Origin: Ignavibacteriales bacterium CG07_land_8_20_14_0_80_59_12 | GTDB taxonomy: Bacteria > Bacteroidota > Ignavibacteria > 0-14-0-80-59-12 | NCBI GenBank assembly: GCA_002779395.1 | Contig: PEWR01000091.1 | Coordinates: forward strand, 1,464-65,463 | Reading direction: 5' to 3' | DNA: 64,000 bases | Part shown: piece by piece, positions 57,108 to 64,000 of the stretch | Numbering within the stretch: position 1 is the first letter of the stretch | Layout of the letters: every line of letters starts with the position of its first letter | Made by a program: the position numbers and the translations under genes | The notes under the pieces: generated by a model | What the model saw: only the letters and a program-made list of their open reading frames with translations | The model's database searches: none | What the model was told of the DNA's origin: nothing

Positions 57108-58402
57108 AGGTGAAGGCTGTCGAACCCGAGAGCATTGCCGCCGAGCTGGGGATTCTGCCCGGGGACGAGATCCTTGAGATCAACGGTCGGAAAGTCGCCG
57201 ACGAGATCGACCTCAAGTTCCGCGAGAGCGAAGCGCTCATCGGAGCAAGAGTCTCGCGGCGCGGCGCGGTTACTCTCTTCGAGATCGAGAAGGAGCCGGA
57301 GGAGACTCTCGGAATCATCCCGGAGGAATCTGCGGTCATCCGCTGCGGCAGCGACTGCGTCTTCTGCTTCGTCGACCAGAACCCGAAGGGACTTCGGGAC
57401 GTCCTCTATGTCAGGGACGGCGACTATCGGCTTTCGTTCATGTACGGCAACTACACGACCCTGACGAACGCCGGGCCTGCGATACTCAGGCGCATCGCGG
57501 AGGAGCGCCTTTCTCCTATGTATGTGTCGGTCCATTCGACCGACCCCGCGGTGCGCAGACGCCTGATGCGTCTGAAGAAGGACGATCGGATTCTCGACAA
57601 AATGAAATTCCTCGCCGGGAACGGCATCAGGATGCACACGCAGATTGTCCTCTGTCCCGGTTTCAACGACGGTGACTCGCTTGAACGAACGGTGATGGAT
57701 CTCTGGGCGCTCCGCGAGTCCGTCATCTCGCTTGCAGTGGTTCCGGTCGGCCTCACGGAACACCGGGATAGGCTGGAGGGCCTGAGGAGGCCGTCGGAGG
57801 CCGAGGCCCGGAGGATTCTTCAAGAAACACAGGGATGGCAGCGTGTATTCCGGGCTGCATCGGGGAGGAATTTCGTCTATCCTTCGGACGAATTCTACCT
57901 CATGGCAGGTGAGAGGTTCCCGGGAGTTGATTTCTATGATGGATACCCGCAAATTGAGAACGGCGTGGGGATGGTGCGGTTGTTCCTTGACGAGTTCTCG
58001 CGCGCGTCGCGTCGATTCCCGAAGAGAATCCTGGCTCCGAGGTCGATGACCATCGCAACCGGGGAGCTCGCATCCGGGTTCATGAAGAATGTCGTCTTGA
58101 ATCGGCTCAACGGGATTGCAGGTCTCTCGGTGGATCTGGCGACGGTGCCGAACCGATTGTTCGGAAGGAGCGTGACTGTTGCCGGACTTCTCTCGGGGGA
58201 GAGTCTCTGCAAGGCTCTGAAGGGACGCGGCAAGAGCGACCTCACGCTGCTTCCCCCGGATGTCGTGAACGGCGAGGGACTCTTTCTCGACGATTGGACG
58301 CTCGCCGACCTGTCGCTCCGCCTCGGTGGGCGTGTGGAGGTCTTCGACGGTGACTGGAAGAATGTGTTTCGCTTGCTGATGATGGAAGGAGGAGAAGCAT
58401 GA
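57104..58402 (+). CDS. PDZ-domain radical-SAM-like protein, DUF512 family
   Basis: N-terminal PDZ-like (VEPESIAAELGILPGDEILEINGRKV), CxxxCxxC motif CGSDCVFC, long DUF512-like C-terminal region. GTG 57104 overlaps the mtaB stop (GTGA). Confidence 0.6.
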   Translation: MKVKAVEPESIAAELGILPGDEILEINGRKVADEIDLKFRESEALIGARVSRRGAVTLFEIEKEPEETLGIIPEESAVIRCGSDCVFCFVDQNPKGLRDVLYVRDGDYRLSFMYGNYTTLTNAGPAILRRIAEERLSPMYVSVHSTDPAVRRRLMRLKKDDRILDKMKFLAGNGIRMHTQIVLCPGFNDGDSLERTVMDLWALRESVISLAVVPVGLTEHRDRLEGLRRPSEAEARRILQETQGWQRVFRAASGRNFVYPSDEFYLMAGERFPGVDFYDGYPQIENGVGMVRLFLDEFSRASRRFPKRILAPRSMTIATGELASGFMKNVVLNRLNGIAGLSVDLATVPNRLFGRSVTVAGLLSGESLCKALKGRGKSDLTLLPPDVVNGEGLFLDDWTLADLSLRLGGRVEVFDGDWKNVFRLLMMEGGEA

Positions 58403-59190
58403 GGTCATTTGGGCGTGTCGCACTCGCGGTGCTGGTTTGTGTCGCGGCGCCGGTCGGCGCGCAGCACCTGCCGCACGCCTCAGCGGTGCTGGCGCACGGC
58501 TCAGCGGTGCTGGCGCACGCCTCAGCGGTGCTGGCGCACGCCTCGGCGGTGCTGGCGCCGGGCGCCTTCTTGCCGTCGAAAAGTCCCATGGGACTGCTCT
58601 CTTCCACGAACGTGGAGGAGGGTCAGGGGAGACGCTCGGTAGTCGGGGCTACGCTCATGTCTCTCGCCGTACCGGGCGCCGGGCAGTACTACGTGCAGGA
58701 TGAAGGGTCCGCCCTCGTCTTCCTCGGAGCTGAAGCGGTCTTGTGGTCGGGCTATGCGGCGGTCGACGGGTACGGGCGATGGACACAGTCCGCCGCGCGG
58801 GCGCATGCCGTGGAACACGCCGGTGTCCTCTCTGCAGGAAAAGACGATCAGTTCTTCGTCGATGTTGGCAATTACCTCAGTGTGTACGACTACAACGCTA
58901 AGAAGCTCCGGGATCGCCAGCTCTCGAAGGTGTATAATGCTGCTGCAGGATACGGGTGGCAGTGGGATTCAGACGCCTCGCGCGCAAAATACCGGACGAT
59001 GCGCATCAACGCCGATGCCGCCTTCAGCGCGACAAAGTTCGTGCTTGCAGGAGTCATCGTGAACCATGTCATCAGCGCTCTCCATGCCGGTCGGCAGGCA
59101 TCGCGATGGAAGGCTTCCATCTCGCCGACGGGTCTGAGGGGCGACGGAACGCCGGGCATCGTGCTGATTGTCGTTGTGACGCTTGACTGA
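58399..59190 (+). CDS. Secreted protein of unknown function containing 4x in-frame heptapeptide repeats (SAVLAHA)
   Basis: Signal peptide MRSFGRVALAVLVCVAAPVGAQ, then ASAVLAHG SAVLAHA SAVLAHA SAVLAPG encoded by a 21-bp tandem repeat. Confidence 0.55.
   Translation: MRSFGRVALAVLVCVAAPVGAQHLPHASAVLAHGSAVLAHASAVLAHASAVLAPGAFLPSKSPMGLLSSTNVEEGQGRRSVVGATLMSLAVPGAGQYYVQDEGSALVFLGAEAVLWSGYAAVDGYGRWTQSAARAHAVEHAGVLSAGKDDQFFVDVGNYLSVYDYNAKKLRDRQLSKVYNAAAGYGWQWDSDASRAKYRTMRINADAAFSATKFVLAGVIVNHVISALHAGRQASRWKASISPTGLRGDGTPGIVLIVVVTLD
58477..58560 (+). repeat. 21-bp tandem repeat x4 (GCCTCAGCGGTGCTGGCGCAC) inside the coding sequence
   Basis: Units at 58477-58497, 58498-58518, 58519-58539, and 58540-58560 (the last with 2 substitutions). 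Confidence 0.85.
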
Positions 59191-59342
59191 GCAGCGCGAC
59201 CGACGCTCGCTGCGGATGTCATTGCGAGGTCCGCCGCTGCGGATCGAAGCCCGCCAAGGCGGGCGCCGTCCGTCTCGCTTCGCTCTTCCTTCCTCGCGAT
59301 GACACAAGGGGAAGGCTCAAATCACTCAGAAGCCGCTCCTCC

Positions 59343-60071
59343 ATGCGCAATTTCAAGCTCTTGATAGAATACGACGGAACCGATTTCGTCGGCTGGCAGG
59401 TGCAGCCGCGCGGTCGCACTGTGCAGGGAGTGATCCAGACGGCATTTTCCTCGATCGTGGGTCACGACGTGACGTTGATCGGCGCAGGTCGGACTGATGC
59501 GGGCGTCCATGCACGCGGCCAGGTGGCCCACGCGAAGCTCGAGACCCACCTTGATCCGCATACCATGCAAAAGGCGTTGAACGCGCGTCTCCCCGAAGAC
59601 GTAGCCGTCCACGACGTTGAAGAGGTCGACGCACATTTTCACGCACGATATAGCGCGAGGGAACGGATGTACCGATACTTCATCACACGCAGGCGCGAGG
59701 CGATTGGTCGCCGCACCGCGTGGTGCGTGAGGTACTCGCTCGACGTGAGCCTCCTCGGCAGAGCAGCGCCGGTAATCATCGGCACGCACGATTTCAGCTC
59801 TTTTGCGAGAGTCCAGGACGGCGAAGCAAACCGCCGGTGCACTGTCAGCAGCTCCCTGTGGTTCGAGGCTGATGGAAGACTTGTCTATGAGGTTCGGGCG
59901 GATAGGTTTCTCCGTGGCATGGTGCGTGCCCTCGTGGGAACAATGGTGAACATCGGCCGTGGCTACACGCCCCTCGATGCTTTTCGAGAAATCCTGGAGG
60001 CAAGAGATCGAAGGCGGGCCGGGATGTCTGCGCCGCCCCGCGGTCTCTTTCTTGAGGCCGTGGAGTACTGA
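59343..60071 (+). CDS. truA: tRNA pseudouridine(38-40) synthase
   Basis: LIEYDGTDFVGWQVQP, catalytic Asp in GAGRTDAGVHA, and the RYFITRRREA (RY...) motif. Confidence 0.85.
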   Translation: MRNFKLLIEYDGTDFVGWQVQPRGRTVQGVIQTAFSSIVGHDVTLIGAGRTDAGVHARGQVAHAKLETHLDPHTMQKALNARLPEDVAVHDVEEVDAHFHARYSARERMYRYFITRRREAIGRRTAWCVRYSLDVSLLGRAAPVIIGTHDFSSFARVQDGEANRRCTVSSSLWFEADGRLVYEVRADRFLRGMVRALVGTMVNIGRGYTPLDAFREILEARDRRRAGMSAPPRGLFLEAVEY

Positions 60072-60197
60072 AAAGAGGGTTGCTTTGCGGCGTTCCGTCG
60101 AGTAAATTAGATTGGATGAAGTCTTTATAGCGTTACGGCATGGAGTTTCTATCACGTTCCTCTTAGCGCCGGGCAGTCGCCCGGGTGATGTTTCGGG

Positions 60198-61091
60198 TTG
60201 CACAGATCAGCCGCGAGCCGATTGCTGATGCTGGAGTGCCTTGTAATCGTCTCTCTTTCGCTGATGGCGGGAATCGTGGCCGGCTTTGCTCTCCGCCCGA
60301 TCGCAAGACTCCCGTTCCTGGGTCGCGCTTCAGGAGAAAGAAGTGGAGGTGAAGGGGCGGCAGGAGGTCGCTCCGAGGACGAGGTCTACCAGGAAGAGCT
60401 TCTCCGCGGCGTTCTTGACATGCGCGGGATGACGGTTCGGGAAATCATGGTCCCCCGGCCGGAAGTCTTCGCCGTCGACATCCACACGTCGCGGGACGAA
60501 CTTCTGGAGCTCCTCGCTGAGGAAGGGTATTCGCGTGTTCCCGTCTACGACGGGACCATCGACAATGTCCTTGGTGTGATCTACACAAAGGATCTCCTCG
60601 CGCTCCTTCAGCATCGGAACGTCATTGTCCTCGAGGACATCGTCCGTCCCGCGTATTTCGTCCCCGAGACTAAACGGCTCGGTGCGCTCCTGAGGGAGAT
60701 GCAAACTCAACACATCCACCTCGCCCTTGTGATCGATGAGTACGGTGGGGTGGAGGGGATCGTCACGCTCGAGGATATCCTCGAGGAAATCGTGGGCGAG
60801 ATCCGCGACGAATATGACGAGGAACCGGAAGAGATCATCGAAGCACAGGACGGCGGATTCCTCGTCGACGCACGGATGACCGTGCGGCGGCTCAATGAAC
60901 GATTTGGCGAGGTCGTCGCCGAATCCGACGGATATGATACCATTGCAGGATTCGTCGTGGAGCAGGCGGGGCGGATCCCCCGCGCCGGCGAGACGTTCCG
61001 CAGCGGACCGCTCCGTATCGCGGTCACGAGACGGTCTCAGACTGCGGTGAAACAGGTGAAGATCTGGATCGACTCTTCAATCCCGGAGTGA
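60198..61091 (+). CDS. corC: CorC/HlyC-family protein (CBS pair plus CorC_HlyC transporter-associated domain)
   Basis: Two CBS domains (VREIMVPRPEVFAV..., LEDIVRPAYFV...) and a C-terminal CorC_HlyC domain. Only one N-terminal TM helix, so no full DUF21 domain. Confidence 0.7.
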   Translation: MHRSAASRLLMLECLVIVSLSLMAGIVAGFALRPIARLPFLGRASGERSGGEGAAGGRSEDEVYQEELLRGVLDMRGMTVREIMVPRPEVFAVDIHTSRDELLELLAEEGYSRVPVYDGTIDNVLGVIYTKDLLALLQHRNVIVLEDIVRPAYFVPETKRLGALLREMQTQHIHLALVIDEYGGVEGIVTLEDILEEIVGEIRDEYDEEPEEIIEAQDGGFLVDARMTVRRLNERFGEVVAESDGYDTIAGFVVEQAGRIPRAGETFRSGPLRIAVTRRSQTAVKQVKIWIDSSIPE

Positions 61092-61346
61092 TCGCGTGGC
61101 ATTGCTTTCGTTGATAGCGGCTGTCATCCCCGTGCCGCGGAGGCGGAATGACTGGTGCCCTCCGTTCGTCGACCGCCACCTCTATGTACGCCTGGCGACG
61201 GAGCTCGCCTTCCGAAAACACCAGAGCCGGATTTGCGAGGAAGGGAGGCGAGAATCGTACCGGGGTGAGGTTGCCCGGTTGAGGGGTGAGATCCGGCGCC
61301 CCGTCGGCACGACGCCCCCAGATCCCGGCTGACAGGCGGAATCCGG

Positions 61347-62795
61347 ATGACAACCACACAGCGCGTCCTTCGCAATGCAAGCCTTCTCGGTGCCTCGCAA
61401 GTCCTCACGAAGTCCATTGTCTTCGTCAGCTACATGATCCTTGCCCGTCTCCTCGGGGACCTTGGCTTTGGCGAAATGAGCTTTGGGCTTTCTTACGGGG
61501 CTCTTTTCACCGTCTTGGCAAGTATGGGAATCGAAACAACGGTGATAAGGGACATCGCCCAGCAGCGGCACCCTGTCCAGCTTCTTGTCTCACGGGCCGT
61601 CACACTCCGGTTGCTCCTCACAGTCATCGCATTTGTCATCGCCATTGCAGGCAGCTTCATCTTCGGCTACTCTTCTCACCTGCGCATCGTCATCTTCCTC
61701 TTCGGTGTTGCCGTGATGCAGGACGCTTACGCCCGGCTTCTCTTCGGCGTCTTTCGCGCTCAACAGCAGATGCAGTACGAAGCGGTCATCAACCTGGTGA
61801 ACAAGGGAGCGGTGCTCGCCGGGCTCGTCCTCGCGCTCGCCCTTCACGCAGGTATCTACGCCGTGGGCATCACCTATATCGCTGCGAACTCAGTGCTGCT
61901 TCTCCTTGCGTTCATCGTTTTGAAGAGGCGCTTCGTGGTTCCCACTCTCCGCTGGGACGTACCAGGATGGAGGAGCCTTCTCCGTGAGTCGTTTCCGTTT
62001 GCCACGATCGTGGTGCTGGGGACGATAAGTTTCCGCATTGACACAGTGATGCTTGAGGCGATGAAGGGAGCCGTCGTGGTCGGCTGGTACGGTGCGCCGT
62101 ACCGCATTATCGAGATGCTCGGGTTCATCCCCGATGCGGTCGGCTCGGCTTTGATGCCTGCGGTGGCGTCGCTCTACGTGAACGAACGATGGAAAGTCGC
62201 CGGAGGTGTGCGCCAGAGCATCAGGTTCCTCGTCTTCATCGGGATCGGACTTGCCGCGGGAGGCTGCATGCTGAGCGGTGAACTCCTCGGGCTTGCGCTC
62301 GGCCCCGGTTTTGCACCGTCGGCTCCGGCATTCCAGATTCTCGTCTGGGCGATGGTGTTCATCTTCGTGGAGTTCATCACAATAACTACGATGACGGCGA
62401 TCCACCTGCAGAACCAGCTGATCCTCCTCTCGGCGGTCGGCGTCGCCGTGAACGTGTCGCTGAATTTCCTTTTGATTCCCCGCTATAGCCTCATGGGAGC
62501 AAGCGTGGTGACCGTGATCACGGAAGCGTTGAACGCCGGCCTCGGGCTCTACTTCATTTGCCGCTCCCTCCGCGAACGGCTTGTCTCAAGGGATCTTCTC
62601 GTCTATGTGGCTGCAGGTGGGGTGGCGTGTGCTGTCATGTACTGGCTGAAGGCGCCCGCTGGATGGGTTGCTGCGGGGGCTGCCGGGGCAGCCGTGTATG
62701 CGGCGGCCGCGTTTCTCCTGCGCGGCATACGGGACGAGGATGTGGCAGTCCTGAAGCAGTTCGTGAAGCGCCGGGACGGGGGCGTTGCGAAATGA
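61347..62795 (+). CDS. wzx: Polysaccharide biosynthesis flippase (Wzx/MOP superfamily)
   Basis: 482 aa, about 12-14 predicted TM helices, N-terminus MTTTQRVLRNASLLGASQVLTKSIVFVSYMILARLLG typical of the Polysacc_synt family. Confidence 0.7.
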   Translation: MTTTQRVLRNASLLGASQVLTKSIVFVSYMILARLLGDLGFGEMSFGLSYGALFTVLASMGIETTVIRDIAQQRHPVQLLVSRAVTLRLLLTVIAFVIAIAGSFIFGYSSHLRIVIFLFGVAVMQDAYARLLFGVFRAQQQMQYEAVINLVNKGAVLAGLVLALALHAGIYAVGITYIAANSVLLLLAFIVLKRRFVVPTLRWDVPGWRSLLRESFPFATIVVLGTISFRIDTVMLEAMKGAVVVGWYGAPYRIIEMLGFIPDAVGSALMPAVASLYVNERWKVAGGVRQSIRFLVFIGIGLAAGGCMLSGELLGLALGPGFAPSAPAFQILVWAMVFIFVEFITITTMTAIHLQNQLILLSAVGVAVNVSLNFLLIPRYSLMGASVVTVITEALNAGLGLYFICRSLRERLVSRDLLVYVAAGGVACAVMYWLKAPAGWVAAGAAGAAVYAAAAFLLRGIRDEDVAVLKQFVKRRDGGVAK

Positions 62796-63925
62796 AGATC
62801 AGTCTGTTCCGCGTCATCGACGAGGAACGCTGGTTCAGCCAGATCGTCTACGCTGACCGGCTCGCAGATGGGCTGCGGCGCATCCTCCCGGGCGGATGGG
62901 ATGCCACCGAGCGGTCCGTCCGCTACCGGTATCTCCTGCCGCCGGTGTCTCTGCGCGTGGGGAAACAGGAGCTTACAGCCCGCAAGGGCCAGCTCCTCGT
63001 TCTTCGCTATTACTATGGACTGAAGTCACGTTTCCTCCAAGGGGACCTGAATCACGTCGCGGACAACTCGTATGGACATCTCATTCATTTCATGGACCCC
63101 GCAAAGACGATTGTCACGTTTCACGGCGGCACACCGGTCACGTGGCGTCAGTGGCCGTACCGCGGCCCGGGGATGAAGTTCTTTGACTGGGCCTTTGCGG
63201 GGACTCTGAAGGCGGCCCGGATGATCGCGGTCAGCGAGTATTCAAAGAGGGAAATCACGGGAAGCTACGATTACAACCCGGACCGCATCCGCGTCGTCTA
63301 CCACGGGGTAGACGAACAGTACAGAGTCCTGCCGCGTGAAGAAAGAGAGGCCGCGCGCTCCAGATATCTTCCGGCAGGGAGTGAATACCTGCTGCTTCAC
63401 GTTGGCATGTGCATCGGAAGAAAGAACGTCGATCCGCTCCTCAGGGCGGTTGACATTCTATTGAGGGGAGGGCTGCGAGTCCATCTGCTGCAGGTCGGCG
63501 GTGAGTTTTCAGCAGAGCAGAAAGTCCTCATCGAGAAGCTGGAAATCGCAAGTGCGGTCACACAGATCAGTTCTCTCCCAAACGCAAGGCTCGTCGATGT
63601 CTACAATGCCGCCGACGTGTTTGTTTTCCCGTCCCTCTACGAAGGGTTTGGCATTCCGCTCATTGAAGCGATGGCTTGTGGGACCCCGGTCGTTTGCACC
63701 GACTATGAGCTGTTCCATGAGGTCTGCGGCGACGCTTGCGTCTACGCCGACACCAGGGAACCGCAGGAGCTTGCTGCGGCCGCTGGCGGCGTGCTGACTG
63801 ATGCGCTGCTCGTTCGCAAGTTGCGACGCCAGGGGACGGAGAGGGCGGCGCTTTTCTCGTGGGAAAGATGCGCTCGTGAGACGCTTGAGGTGTACACCGC
63901 CATGGCGGCCGAGCTGTACGGGTGA
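62792..63925 (+). CDS. GT4-family glycosyltransferase (glycosyl transferases group 1)
   Basis: C-terminal GT4 motif ...VFVFPSLYEGFGIPLIEAMACGTPVVCTD... ATGA overlap with wzx. Confidence 0.75.
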   Translation: MKISLFRVIDEERWFSQIVYADRLADGLRRILPGGWDATERSVRYRYLLPPVSLRVGKQELTARKGQLLVLRYYYGLKSRFLQGDLNHVADNSYGHLIHFMDPAKTIVTFHGGTPVTWRQWPYRGPGMKFFDWAFAGTLKAARMIAVSEYSKREITGSYDYNPDRIRVVYHGVDEQYRVLPREEREAARSRYLPAGSEYLLLHVGMCIGRKNVDPLLRAVDILLRGGLRVHLLQVGGEFSAEQKVLIEKLEIASAVTQISSLPNARLVDVYNAADVFVFPSLYEGFGIPLIEAMACGTPVVCTDYELFHEVCGDACVYADTREPQELAAAAGGVLTDALLVRKLRRQGTERAALFSWERCARETLEVYTAMAAELYG

Positions 63926-63936
63926 GGAGAGGCCCC

Positions 63937-64000
63937 GTGAGGATAGCAGTCAACGGAGCGATCATCGGCGACAGGCCATCCGGACTCGGGTTTTTCGCAA
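63937..64000 (+). CDS. Start of a further probable glycosyltransferase (partial, runs off the window)
   Basis: GTG start; VRIAVNGAIIGDRPSGLGFF resembles GT4 N-termini. Only 21 codons are visible. Confidence 0.3.
   Translation, partial: MRIAVNGAIIGDRPSGLGFFA

Noticed and set aside
1-64000. Looked for a CRISPR array, cas genes, integrase or transposase.
   Set aside because: No regularly spaced repeats of 25-40 bp and no recognisable recombinase motifs were found. The only tandem arrays are the 12-bp and 21-bp repeats described above.

Overview
This 64 kb window is a high-GC (about 60-65% by eye) chromosomal segment of a Gram-negative FCB-group-like bacterium. Supporting clues are a T9SS C-terminal sorting domain, a BshA-type bacillithiol glycosyltransferase, lipoproteins, and sigma70-like TTGACA/TATATT promoters. 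Most of the window is housekeeping: efp, lexA, ogt, uvrD/pcrA, the sufCBDSU Fe-S assembly operon, sod, rpmB, purM, class I fumarase alpha/beta plus an aspartase/fumarase II gene, folP-cdaA, pcm, miaA, der, upp, rel, ruvX, mtgA, cmk-ispH-rpsA, mtaB, truA, three tRNAs (Leu-CAA, Thr-CGT, Pro-CGG), and the start of a polysaccharide cluster (wzx plus GT4). The main accessory feature is a roughly 9 kb lower-GC defense island (about 2.7-11.1 kb). It carries an Mrr type IV endonuclease and a complete type I R-M system (hsdM-hsdS-fic-hsdR) with a Fic gene between S and R, a 12-bp x7 tandem repeat array in front of hsdR, and a short DUF45/WLM metallopeptidase coupled to hsdR. The island abuts the 3' end of tRNA-Leu. 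Other observations worth a second look: a T9SS-sorted BNR-repeat gene broken by an in-frame TGA; an apparently non-coding 1.2 kb at the window start; short gene-fragment scars (ackA/hbd-like and SDR-like); an EF-P lacking the modifiable Lys/Arg; a 1190-aa cysteine-free outer-membrane protein; a strong lexA promoter with an unidentified operator; structured or repeat-rich intergenic regions upstream of the Rrf2-sod-suf cluster, rpsA and lysE; and a secreted protein with a 21-bp x4 in-frame tandem repeat. No CRISPR array, integrase or transposase was recognised. All calls come from reading the sequence and ORF translations; no database searches were run.
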